DNA from: Tubulanus polymorphus
Lineage: Eukaryota > Animalia > Nemertea
DNA: 64,000 bases
NCBI RefSeq assembly: GCF_964204645.1
Contig: NC_134034.1
Coordinates: forward strand, 12,102,962-12,166,961
Reading direction: 5' to 3'
The notes beneath the pieces were generated by a model, which ran no database searches, was not told the origin of the DNA, and saw only the letters and a program-made list of their open reading frames with translations. Both the position numbers and the translations under genes were made by a program. Positions 24,172 to 60,496 of this stretch are shown piece after piece; position 1 is the first letter of the stretch; each line of letters starts with the position of its first letter.

Positions 24172-27100
24172 ATGATGATGATGACGTGTTTGACTATCAG
24201 TTTGTTGATACTGGTGAAGATGCTGGCTGTGAACTCACAGACGATAGGTAAAGCATTAATTATTATTCTCTTGCAACAGACACGTTATATTTCTTTAAGA
24301 AGCGTCGGTGGTCAGTAGATCCACAGGTACTTGAGTCCCATTGGTCACTAGTGTTCTATTTTCTAGTAGCCCTCGGATGTCGATTGTCGAATCTTGCACA
24401 TTGGTATATATTTTTTTTCAAGGTTCAATTCCTTTTAATAAAAAAATAACTACTCAAACAATTTTAGCTGCTTTGCTGCCATATTTATTGTTTATCTTTC
24501 GCCATCCATATAAAGTCGTGTGTATGTAAGTATTCGTAAAATCAATAAATTCAAAGTTTCTTGCAGTGACGTATGGCGGTAATTCCGGTGGCGCCACCTG
24601 TAATTTACCGTTCAGCTACAACAATAGACTGTACTCCGATTGTACGATGGTCAGCGCCTCCTATCCGTGGTGTTCAACAACTTTTGACTATAACGCCGAT
24701 AGAAAGTGGGGCTATTGTCGTAAGTAGAATCCAAGGTGTCGTAACTGGCACGCGAGGATTTTAAATAGTAATTTCAACCGAGTACCACCGAACTTGCGGT
24801 TCATTAGAAAAGATGGCGTTCTCGACAAATCTTCCTATGACGTCACACTTGAAATCATTCAAAGATATTGAACAGATTTGTTTTTCTTTCTTCCAGCAAT
24901 TCAGAAATGCACCGATTCACCTTGCATGAAGGGAGGAACTTGTACGGACGTCGGAAGTGGTAACGGGTTTAAGTGCACATGTTCAGGGGCATATTTCGGG
25001 GAGAGATGTCAGTACAAATCTGTAGGTAAATAGGTCACCTGTAACATAAGTAGGTCACTGGTATCTATAGGTAAACAGCTCAAACTGGAAACTAAAATAG
25101 GTCAACTGTACTTATAGTATGATAGGTCACCAAGGGCCGACTCTATCATCCAACCGGACGCGTCCGGACGTCTCCAATTTCACTCTTTTATCGATCACGC
25201 GATCATCCGGATATCTCCGGACTCTCGATTCTGGCGAGGTGGTTAAGTTGCGGAGTGGAGCCATACGGTTAAGAAGATACACGTTCAGCATAGCATTAAC
25301 AGGCAACCAGTCTAGGCTCAGCAACCAGTCTATTAAGTGATAGCGCAGTCGTTCTCCGATTGTACTCTTTTTCACCGATATCAATCCGGACGTGATAATA
25401 GAGTCGGCCCGCACATCACCAATACGGGTCACTTGTAGAGCATATGTAGGTAAATAGGTCATCTGTGGTCTCTTCCATCGTAATTTATTATTTTCTAACA
25501 CTCACGTCCTCTAATGTGTGCTACAAATATTGTTTCCACATCTTGTGTTCCAGTGGTTACTGGTGGAACCGCTTTACCAGGAGCTAAATGTATGTTCCCG
25601 TTTCTGTACGGTGGAACTCCTCGAACGACTTGTATTAATACTGGTACACGACAAGACTGGTGCTATACTGACAGTGCCAATAGATACGGATACTGCTGTG
25701 AGTAATAGACCACATTGAACCCATAAGTTGTGGAACTGAGCTCAGAGACAAATTAAACCCACGCAACTGTGGAATGGGGCTGAAAGACAAATAAAACCCA
25801 CACAACTGTGGAATGGGGCTCAAAGACAAATTAAACCCACACAACTGGAGAACTGGGCTCAAAGACAAATCAAACCCACACAACTGTGGAACTGGGCTCA
25901 AAGACAAATCAAACCCACACAACTGTGGAACTTGGCTAAAAGACAGATAAAACCCACACAACTGTGGTACTGTGTTCAGATTCAGATAAATTCACGTAAC
26001 TGTGGAACTAGATTCAGAGTCAAATTACACCCACACGACTGTGGAACTGGATCTACAGTCAGATTTAACCCACACAGCCCAGTGTAATTGGAACAAATGT
26101 GGAACTGTGATATAGCGCGCAACTGTGAGACATATTCCAACCAAAGCGACGATCTATCTTTCTCCTTTTCATTAGTAAGACCGTGTCAGTCAGGGCCGTG
26201 TAGAAATGGCGGACAATGTAAAATGGCTGATGCTGTTAACTACGAGTGTGAATGCACGCGCGGATGGTCAGGACGACAATGTCAAAACAGTAAGTGATTT
26301 TTATTTACAGCGAGTTGAACAAACTAGATAAAATTGAGTCATTGTCGAATGAGGACCGTCTTCATAATGAGAAGGGGCGAGTCTTAGAACAGTCACAAAC
26401 TCTAGTAATGGAAATCGATGCCCCGATCAATCATATACGATTCGTTCAATCATTATCCGTTCGATTTCCAGGAAACTGTGATACGAACCCTTGTCAAAAT
26501 GGTGGAACTTGCTCGGACACGCCGAGCGGGTATCAATGCGCATGTACAACCAAATATAGCGGTAGTACTTGTCAGTATTTGGCTGTAGGTAAGATTGAGG
26601 GTTACTTCCTTTGAGCCCTAACTAAACTTTAACTCAAAATTAAACAACTAACATTCAATTTGTGATAGTTATCTCTTATTTGTTTTGTCTTTCGTCTAAA
26701 TCACAGAAACACAAGGCGGCAATGCGATACCTGGTACTCTATGTATGTTCCCGTTTACATCCGGAGGAACCCAGTATACTGTGTGCGCCCCGGGAGCTGC
26801 GAACAAATGGTGTTACACCGATGCCGCCAATACATGGGGATACTGTGGTAAGGCTCGATCACAATGGCCACCATCACTCATCACAATCCATGTCTGACGT
26901 CATTTAACGATACGTGAACTCAGGAGCAAAGCAAGACCTCGATTGGTGACGTCAAACTAACCGTTTGGCGATGTCATGGGGAGTCGGCCGCCTAATACTC
27001 CTGTACATTACTTTTAAAAATCATGATCAAGCTTCCCATAACAGACCCGGCCGCTAAAATAGAAATGAACTAATTACAAATTTTATTGCACTTAACAAAA

Positions 27101-27844
27101 TGACCCAGCCGATTAGAAACAAGGCATTATTTTATTTTAGCCTTAGTTTTGATATTGTTTCTTTTCTTGTAAATCTTTCAGTGGATCCTTGTGAGCCGAA
27201 CCCGTGTTTAAATATGGGCACGTGTAGCAAAACAGGTCCTAAGACGTATGAGTGCACGTGCACTAGAGGTTTCTCTGGCACTAACTGTGAAACACGTAAG
27301 TAACTTAACAACCTCCTGAGAAGAGTCGAGATTCTAAATCGAAAATCATGGCCCTTAGATTCTCAGGCGGGTTTCGATTGATCGGATTCCGGAATGCAAT
27401 TCCGAATTAAAAATCATTCCGGAATCGGCAGAGACCAATCTAAAACTACATTCGGTAGATCTCTTTGTCTGACGTACTAATCTTTTTTTTTGAAGCGATC
27501 GATTTTTGTCAAGGTGTCGTTTGCCAAAACCGCGGCACATGCGCGGTAGATCTGGCCACAGCTAGCGGATACCAGTGTTCGTGTAGAACTGGTTTTTCAG
27601 GCAATCTCTGCCAAAACAAAGGTCTGTGTTTATAGGTTTAGGTGCCAACTCAAATTGACGAAATTCGACGAAATTGATAAAAATGTTTTTAAAATGTCTT
27701 CTATTCGTTTCAGTTCCGGTTACGTGTGCCAGTCTACCGTGTCAAAACGGTGGCCTGTGCGCTGACTTTCCGAATGGTGTGCGCATGTGCACGTGTGCGA
27801 GGGGTTTCTACGGAATCAGCTGCGAACGGGCGTTCGGCCGATAG
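24172..27844 (+). CDS. Secreted FN2/EGF protein, paralogue of gene A (gene B; SP-FN2-EGF-FN2-EGF-EGF-FN2-EGF-EGF; 372 aa)
   Basis: 9 GT-AG exons, all phase 1: 24172-24247 ([25 protein letters not shown]), 24567-24719 FN2, 24897-25025 EGF, 25554-25697 FN2, 26176-26289 EGF, 26472-26588 EGF, 26707-26847 FN2, 27182-27295 EGF and 27714-27844 EGF plus ERAFGR*. 1119 nt in frame. Confidence 0.9.
25715..26075. repeat. ~39-bp minisatellite of a dispersed family (aaacccacacaactgtggaactgg)
   Basis: About 8 copies here. The same unit occurs at 19720-19880 (reverse), 42320-42520, 52750-52910 and 59110-59640 (reverse). Confidence 0.9.
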
Positions 27845-27961
27845 ATGTCCCGTTGAAAGCACTTGTGACTCAGTCAGTTGAGCCCCACGACTCATAAACA
27901 GTAGGCCATTCGAATCCCGCGTAGGGAATATCATATATAATGAAACATGTAATATAAGACG

Positions 27962-27967
27962 AATAAA
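27962..27967 (+). terminator. Polyadenylation signal AATAAA of gene B
   Basis: First AATAAA, about 118 nt after the stop codon. Confidence 0.6.
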
Positions 27968-28379
27968 AGTTTAGGTTATCTTAATGATTAAATTGTAAAT
28001 CAATTGGTCATTCGGCAGGACATCGATGATAGTTCCTATAACACCCGCTAGATGGCAAACTAGTGAAATCAAGCGCTCGATACGCGATCAAAATGCAGCA
28101 GGCATGTTGACTCTATACGCCTATAGGTGGCAGGTTGCTATGTTTCGGTCAGACAGCTATGAAACCCCCTAAAAATCAATCAACGTTTGATTGTCTTTAG
28201 GTGATTGATTTGCACATGGAAAGAGTTAGTGAAGAACATCAATGACACATAGGTTAAGGAAACCACTTTGAGAGAATTTAGTATATAGCATAAGAGGACG
28301 AAACATTTCAAAATAAACGATACTATGTTTTATTTATACATCGGTCATTGATACAAATATAATAATTATCATAATGTTT

Positions 28380-28397
28380 ATAATAATAATAATAATA

Positions 28398-28444
<47 letters not shown>
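28380..28444. repeat. (AAT)n microsatellite
   Basis: Direct inspection. Confidence 0.9.
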
Positions 28445-28446
<2 letters not shown>

Positions 28447-28661
28447 AGAAAGGATTCACAGAGATTTAACACTTACGGAGACAACGATCCTGGACTCGAA
28501 TCGCCAGTTTGTCTGCGAAGATTAGCTCAGACGAACTGTTGAACTGGGTCCAGAATCTCGTTTGATAGACTGGTACTAAACGTTTCACTACAATAGTTAC
28601 AGTCAAACTGGGTAACGTCATCGTAGCTGAGAGACGATCATTACGTTGACGACGTTGACGC

Positions 28662-28699
28662 CATGGACGTATAAACTAGATCTAGTTTATACGTCCATG
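28662..28699. repeat. Perfect 38-bp palindrome
   Basis: catggacgtataaactaga|tctagtttatacgtccatg. Confidence 0.95.
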
Positions 28700-30220
28700 C
28701 TTACACTTAGTAAATTTAGTATGAAATACAAGTTGAAAAACAAATTGAGACTCAAAAATGGAGACGATTTTCAGCAACGATGACGTCTCAACCAAGTTCG
28801 ACTGTATAGCATGTCATCTTAGTTACATAGTTGATTTTAATTGCTAATGTTGGTGTCAATCGAATGCCCGGACCTGCATCCCTCTCAGCCTGGACCCAAC
28901 AGACCCCTCAGCCTGGACCCTGCATCCTCTCAGCCTGGACCCTATAGTCTCCCAGCCTGGACTTTACAGCCTCCTCAGTCCGGATCATACAAACCCCTCA
29001 GTCCGGATCCGGCATCCCTCGGACAGTCGATACTTATAAAAAAACGCCCCACAATATCAGCGAACAACGGCTAAAACTCAGTTCCACTTACGTTTCGGAA
29101 AGAATGCTGCTTTACAATTTCACATTCGCATTTGGAGTTCATTTAAGGTTTCATTTTAGATAAATCTCTGAACATAGATGTAATCAATCTGATCCAAACT
29201 CCAGCGAAACAGAATTTTGGGATGTTGTTCGTTAGTATTGTGGGGTGTTTTATGTACAACAAAGACTATACGGTGACTAGATCGCTACCTGCATTGAAAA
29301 CAGGCAAGAGATATATATCTAGTCACAGGGAAACCGCGCAAAATGTATACATTGATACTGTTTATATCATAAAGACTCGTGTTCCTTGGTAGTAGATAAA
29401 ATTTGTTCTTGTTTTGGTAATTTATCCTAGATATTATTGGTTTAGATATTTCATACATTGATAAAGTCACATTTACATTAGTTTTGAACAGTATATTAAT
29501 AATAATGATAATAATCAATCGACAGGCGTTTCTACGGAAACCCGTCGCCAATACATAACGAAGTGCCGGCACTGTGGCAAATAACCACCAGGTGCGCTAG
29601 TGTGAAGTCGGACACAAACACCTTAGGATTTCTAATACAGCAGAATCTCGTTACAACGAACTTCAAGGTACCGGAAAATATTATTATAATCAATGGATAG
29701 TTCGTTATATACAGTGTGAAATTATCAAAATTTGGGATGAAATTCGACAATCACGCCATCTATAAGGTGCCCGTAAAACAAGCGCCAATAATGCAAGAAG
29801 CGTTAATATTGTTTAGGACCGCTAGGAGTCGCCTTATTACCAAATAATGTGCCGACGAACCTATGACACAATCATAGCTAAATTCAACGTAAGTTGTTGA
29901 CGCTGAATAAATAGAAGGTCAACACTATTTACATTCAAAACATAATAATGCACAGTTACAGGTGACAATGACGTCATAGGTACGTCACTGACGTACAACC
30001 AATCGCCATCCAGTGTTATCTATTAAAAGTTAGCGACTAGATAAGTACACAATAATGTTAATAGGTGTCGCCACCGATGATGCACGACCGATGTTTTAGT
30101 CGCTATTGTGGCGACCACTGGGTAAACCGATCAGGATTAAGCACCACTGCTGACGTAGTAACCGTTATATTCAAATTCAAATACCGACAACGAAACGAAA
30201 CACAAATTACAAGTTGATGG

Positions 30221-53746
<23,526 letters not shown>

Positions 53747-54099
53747 CTGTAAAAACATAACGTAAGAAAATATTCGTGATTGTAAATCAGAAATTAGTTC
53801 GACGGTTATGCAAGACGGGGAGCAGGAGTAACGGGAATTCAATTAGCAATGCGTAGCGAATGGGAGAGAGGTCTAGAATCGAAACTTTCAATTGTGAATA
53901 TTATAATACTGGAGGCTGTTGGTGTCACGTGACTGACTAGAGCGGGATGGACGTGATCGGCGGACACTGCGGGCGCAACCGGAAACGGCGTCAAAAACAA
54001 ATTAACCGCCGCCTGATGAAAAATCAATGAAATCGATAGATCGATAAGACAGTAATCACCAGGGGGAGGACGATCAAAGATACGTGGCGGTATTGAATA

Positions 54100-54550
54100 G
54101 AGAGCAAGAGATAGAGATAGGGAGGGGAGAGGGGAGAGGGGAGAGGGGAGAGGGGAGAGGGGAGAGAGGAGAGGGGAGGGGGTGAGGTAAAGAGGTTATG
54201 AAAAATGCAGTGATAGAGGTAGGGAAAGGGAGAGTGGAGAGAGGTAGCGGAAGAGGGAGGGATAGAGAGAGCGGGAGGGAGGGACAGTGGGAGGGAGAGG
54301 ATGAGAGAGGTAGGGAGAGGGGGAGGGAGAGTGGGAGAGGAGAGGGAGAGGGAGAGTGGGAGGTAGACGAGATGGAGAGTGGAGGAAGGAGAGATAGAGA
54401 GGTAGCGGAAGAGGGAGGGATAGAGAGAGCGGGAGGGAGGGACAGTGGGAGGGAGAGAAGGAGAGAGGTAGGGAGAGGGGGAGGGAGAATGGGAGAGGAG
54501 AGGGAGAGAGGGATAAAGTGGGCGGGAGGGAGAGCGGTGGGAGGGATATG
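54100..54550 (+). repeat. Polypurine GA-rich low-complexity tract
   Basis: (gagagg)n and GGGAGAG variants. A similar tract is at 47015-47185 and a (CT)n run at 53150-53195. Confidence 0.9.
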
Positions 54551-55104
54551 AGGTAAACAGAGAGAAGGCCCGAGAAGTCAGGAAGCTAATAGTTCAAACA
54601 CGCAGAGTTTTGTGATATTCGATTAGAAAAATCCATTAAACGAATTCCTGATGGTTGTAATTCAGAATCTCACTAAAAATCGTACTACACGAATGACTGG
54701 CGTTCACGCGACACCGGCGGAACGCGATCCGCACCGCCGGTTCAGGATCGTTACGTAAACGTTAAATGTTGACTTTGCTGATACATTGAACAACAGTGAC
54801 GTTTAATTAATTACTGAAAAAAAAACGCATCGCTATCATTAAACGTGACATGTTTAATTGGACGCCAGGAGCTGAGCGAGTGAGTTTAATTGATCATGAC
54901 GTCACTCGCTTAATGAGACCGTAAAGTGTATGTTTAATGTTCTACCCAAAGGGTTGTAACCTAGACTGTATTCACTTCCATAGTATTCCCCGGTTGAAAT
55001 ATCGCTATATACGGTTTAAATACATTGAAGACGATCCGTTCAACCATCGATATAACACTGAACTCGTGGTGTGATGATATAATCCCACAGCAGAATGCCA
55101 CAAA

Positions 55105-55225
55105 CCTCGTTATAACGAACCCGGATACAACGATTCATCGGATATAACCAATATAGAATTTCGTCCCGAGTTAGAAAATTTGATTCGTTTCATTCTGGAT
55201 ATAACGAACTATCGGTTATCAAACA
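55105..55225. mobile_element. pogo/Tigger-like MITE remnant
   Basis: aacctcgttataacgaac...ggatataac repeats. A related terminus is at 29635-29710 (tacagcagaatctcgttacaacgaac). Confidence 0.45.
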
Positions 55226-58200
55226 TTATGTTCTTGTCTCGTGAAGTCAATGAAATCAAGGTGCAAGTCTATAATATAATACTCTCCGGCCATCCCACCA
55301 CTTGGGTCTTAGAATGCACCGATGCAAATGAATCGTTAATATTTCTACGAAAAAGGGGGGTTCGTTAGCGCTATCTTTCCTTTCCCATTTCTTAATGATA
55401 TTTTTTCTAATTTTCGAGAATGACGATAACGAACAGCACTGACACTGAAAACACTCATTTTTTCAACGGAATCAGATATTCAATTTTTCATCGTTTCGGC
55501 GCGAGCTAGTTTACCATATCACACCGACGGCGGCCGCGGTGCACACGACGGCGTCGAAGTCCAACCACGATACACACGCCGCGCAGTAAAACATCTCTTA
55601 CCTAACTCGTATTACTGATAAAACCGCCGCTGTTTTATTACGGGCACGAAGAACGTGAAGATAATACCGATGCTTCTGTGTTTAATGTTAAACACAATCC
55701 TCACGCTGTGTCCGTGCGTCTGTGTTTTTGCGTTGATTGCCCGTCGCTGCTCAGCTCCACGCCTCAAACCCGATGATGACTATTCATTTGGCCCAGCTGT
55801 AAAAAAAACCCGCCGTATATCGTCCACTGACGGCACTGATGAAGTGATTAGTTTTTTAGCTCGGGTTACCCGACTCCGCCGCCGCCGCCGCCGCCGCCGA
55901 GCTATCCGCGCATTTTTATTACGTAATATCATCTAATAGAGGTGTAGCAATACGTGTATATATACATGTAGTCACCGTTGCCAGAGACGCCTTCGTCGTT
56001 TTCTTCATGTATAAAGTACTAGCGGAGGATTTCATCTGAGAGAAGGGTGTAAACTTAACAGTAAATCTTAAAATTCGTATGACGATACAACGATAACCAC
56101 ACTCAAACGTGGTGAACGGATTATAAGATAAAAACCCACTATCTACAGATAAAAAGAATTTAAAAACTAGAATTTATTTATTCAATCTAAAATATATAGA
56201 ATACACGACGTTTCGTATGATGATTTTTGGAGAGAGGGGCAGAGATGGGAGAATGAGCCAGGAGATGGGGGAGGGGGTTTCTCAAAGGTCACGAATTATT
56301 GGGGCTGCAGTGCTGTTATAGTGTTTTGGTTAAACGGGGGCGGTTACATCCATTCGTCTACACATGAACTGCGCCAGTTACGTCACGGCTCTTGGTCACA
56401 GTATTGTAGTTTGACTGCGTCAATGGAGGCCGGTGCGCGGTGCGTCAGCGCGGGTAGAGAAAGTGAGTGAGGGAGGGAGAGAATGCACCATCGCGTCGAA
56501 TATCGAAAAAAAGATGATCGATCACCGACTATTTCTAAATCAACACGCAATTTTCGATATACAATTAAAAACCTACAACGCAACAGAACAACGTCCCGTT
56601 CCCGCTGGCAACCTGGCAACATCCGGCTGTGTTGTTGTAGAGAATATTTCAGAATGGATTCGAGCGATATTTTGAAGACTTCTCGATCGCTACTCGACCC
56701 AGAGGAGAAGGAGATGACGTGCCTGAATGATCTGATAGATACCGATAGACTATGAGTGACGGGATTGTCGATGAGGCCCGGGTCGGCCGTCGATAGCTCC
56801 GGGGCCGGGGGATTCGGTTCCTACATAAGTATGATATTGAAATTAATGCTCAAATCCGATGTTTGTATTTCGAAAGTTAGATTTCACCAGCACGTACAGT
56901 GAAACCGGGAACGGTTTTACGAAGAATCTGAACTCCTAAATCGACCTATACAGCACGAATCAAGTTCACGAATCGCTTCAATTGAGGAGTTTGACTTATT
57001 TTAGTGATTATCCACAAACGAGGGTGTAGGGGTGCGCACCAACCCTGAACATGATAAATGGTCCTCAAATTTCACTGAAAAATGAACAATATTTACATTA
57101 AACTGCTACCTGAAGAGAGTCAATTCATTGTCTTTGGTGTTTCCTAAAATGAGTTGATATTTTCCGACGAGCTTTTCGGGCAGCCCTTTTGGGGGTTGCA
57201 TTCTCCCTGAATCAGACCGTATAGGCCCTAATTCCGTCCTTTCGGTCCCTATCAAATATGTGCCGATCTGGGGCCAATGGGCAAAAGTTGGTTACAGTTA
57301 ACCATTGGAAGGCGTTACTTTAGTATTAATCCATCGGTTATCTTTAACCAACTGTCAATTCGCAAAAAGTCCTCCCCTTAGATACAATAATATTCTTAAA
57401 TGTTTTATAGAATATTTCTCTCCCCCTCTCCCTCTCTCCCCCTCTCTCTCCCTAGCCTGCGTATTCGCAGCCACAAACAAAAAACAACCACGTGTAATAT
57501 TTAATACGACACTATCGGCTGACAGCTGACAGCTATTACACGAGTTTATCTAATAGTAGTTCAAGCATTGTTTTATTATTGTTTGTCTCCAGCAGTAGAG
57601 GATGTATTACGGCGTATCGGTCGTTTAATGGCTAGCAACGTAATTATACGAACGCTTGTTTCAACATAGTAAAAAAAAGATGCCTGGGATATAAATAACG
57701 TATATATTCCAGTAATGTCACTGTAATCGCTAGGTTTTAATGGTGATAAGCTTCGTTTATCCGCGGTTTTATGAAGCCGGGTTTTTAATGATCAGGGTCT
57801 ATATACGGTCTGATTAGCCGCAGGTGTACTGGTTAAATTGGGCGCGGCTCTGCATCTCAGTTATATAAGTTGTCGGTTATATTTAAATCTTTATTCTTTA
57901 CTGAAGTGACGCTTTTTGGAGAAAAAAAACCCGCAATGATAAAGATAAGCTAAATGAGCATTTGACGATTCGACCCAATGGTATACACGGGCAACAACAG
58001 ATTGTGCAACAAAACACTGAGTTCGCTCAAAGTGGTTCCTCCATAATGTTGGAATTATAAAAGGATTGCATTCATTGTTAAGTGTATGACATTGTGGGCT
58101 TTCAATCCACCCAAAAAATCTGAGCTTAATTTTGGTGCAATCATGTATATTTTTCACTTAAGCTCAATCTATTGCAAAGCATTGCTAGAATATTGACATT

Positions 58201-58645
58201 CACTCTGGTAGGGGTTTATAGGGAGAGGCTGATTTTCAGAGGAGTTGAGGTAAAAATGAAAGCCGTGGCCTCGCTCTAAAACCTGTTTTAGGGAACACCG
58301 AGACCGACGGTGGTAAAGACACAATACCGTGAAACTGGGTCCACGGGTTTTTTCAATAGTGTTTTGGTTAACCCTTATACCAGGAGTGGAGGCGGTCGAA
58401 ATTATTCATCGAGAAACCGCAACGGGACCTTAACGATGTTAGACTCGAAACATCATAATAATTCAATTTTACAACTTTGTAATTAAGTTCGTATGTATTC
58501 AATACACATCCGCGGAGGTTTAATTCAACACCTCGGTTTCTATCGATTTCAGATTCTCATCATCAATTTTTTAATTAAGAAATTCCACGTTGAACATTTT
58601 ACACCGAGTGACGATGCCTGTAACCGGCCATCCATATCAGCATAT

Positions 58646-58723
<78 letters not shown>

Positions 58724-58731
58724 TGCTGCAG
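58646..58731. repeat. (CAG)n trinucleotide repeat
   Basis: About 28 triplets. Explains the poly-Ala and poly-Ser ORFs. Confidence 0.95.
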
Positions 58732-59109
58732 CGGCGGTATTCTTCCAGAATCGATGCCAAGGTTCTTTCACGCACGACGGCGACGGTATCGGTGCCAATA
58801 ATAAATTGTAAGAATATTTCTCTATTTGCTGAACGAAAACAATGAAAACACGCACCACAAAAACGAACTGATTGATGAAATTCAAGACGATTTTGTTAAA
58901 CCGAACTAAAGGCGAGGCCGGTGTCGCCGCCGCCGCCGCCATTTAAGTGATGATATTTTCTCGGAGTAAATAGTAATTCGTGCGATGAAAACGACGTCTC
59001 GGCCGCGTCGTGTTACATCAAACTCTGAACAGAAAACACAACCTGAGAATGTTATATACACATCATCTGTGTTTACCTTTCAAATGATGGCTACGATTCT
59101 AATTTAGTT

Positions 59110-59640
59110 ATTTGTGGGTTTAATTCATGAATCCAGTTGCACAGTTGAGTGTGTTCGGACAATTTGTATCTGGATCCAGATCCACAGTTTTGCGTGTTCA
59201 ATTTGACTCTGGGTCCGTTTCCGCAGTTGTGTGGGTTTAATTTGACTCTGGGTCCGTTTCCACAGTTGTGTGGGTTTAATTTGACTCGGAACTCATCAGC
59301 TCCACAGTTGTGCGGGTTTAATTTGACACTGTACCCAGTTCCACAGTGGTGCGGGTTTAATCTGACTCTGGGTCCGTTTCCACAGTTGTGTGGGTTTAAT
59401 TTGACTCGGAACTCATCAGCTCCACAGTTGTGCGGGTTTAATTTGACACTGTACCCAGTTCCACAATGGTGCGGGTTTAATCTGACTCTGGGTCCGTTTC
59501 CACAGTTGTGTGGGTTTAATTTGACTCTGGTCCAGTTCCACAGTTGTGTGGGTTTAATTTGACTCTGGGTCCGTTTCCACAGCTGTGTGGGTTTAATTTG
59601 ACTCTGGTCCAGTTGCACAGTTGTGTGGGTTTAATTTGTC
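59110..59640. repeat. ~39-bp minisatellite family, reverse orientation
   Basis: ccacagttgtgtgggtttaatttgactctgggtcc units. Explains ORFs 59091-59618 and 59149-59562. Confidence 0.92.
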
Positions 59641-60358
59641 TCTGTATTTAGTTCCCCGTTAATGAAGGAGATACTTCACACGGATATTTAAGCCCTGTTG
59701 ATGTCTCCTACTGTGACACGCGACACGGATCTATGTCACTGTCACATATACACGGAGGATACATACACTGTTCCCCCAGTCAGATGGATAGTTAGATGGA
59801 CAGATAGCGGGCAACAAGTTTATTCATCAATCATTATTGAGCTGTTAACGGTCAGCTGATGTTAATAGTCGGGTCTTGTCAGATCTGTTCGTATCATTAG
59901 ATTAAACTCCCACTTTGAATACTGATGTCTTTAATCATACATATACACAATACCGGATGCACTGATATATAAACAGAACTGACTGCGGGCTGTGGGCTTC
60001 AGACAGTAGGCCCTGGGTGCCCGACTGCAGGAATGTAGACCCTTAGGCTTCCAGCCGGACCTGAGTGTCAGACTGCTTGCCTGGGCATCAGAAAGCTGAG
60101 TTTGGGCTTCAGGCAGTAGGCCTTGTGTGTCCGACTGCAGGACTGTAGACTCTGGGCTTCAGACAGTAGGCCCTGGTGTCAAACTGCAGGAATGTAGGCC
60201 CAGCAGGTCCTGGGCGTCAGACTACAGGATTGTAGGCCCTCGGCTTTATCAAATAGGACCTGAGTGTCAGATTGCATGCCTGGGCATCAGAAAGCAGGGT
60301 TTCAACAGTAGCTGTGTGTCAAACTGATATATCCTGGGTGTCAGACTGTAGGCCCCTG

Positions 60359-60496
60359 GGGCCGGTTGCATAGTCATGGCTTAGACTTAAGACCAGTCTA
60401 AGACCAACTCAGTTATATAGCTAATCTAACAACTTAAGACCAGTCTTAAGATTTAAGACCACTTTTGGACTTAAGTCACGACTGTGCACCTGGTCC
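60359..60496. mobile_element. MITE family 2 solo copy (CTG target duplication)
   Basis: gggccggttgcatagtcatggcttagacttaag...gtcacgactgtgcacctggtcc, flanked by ctg/ctg. Confidence 0.85.
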
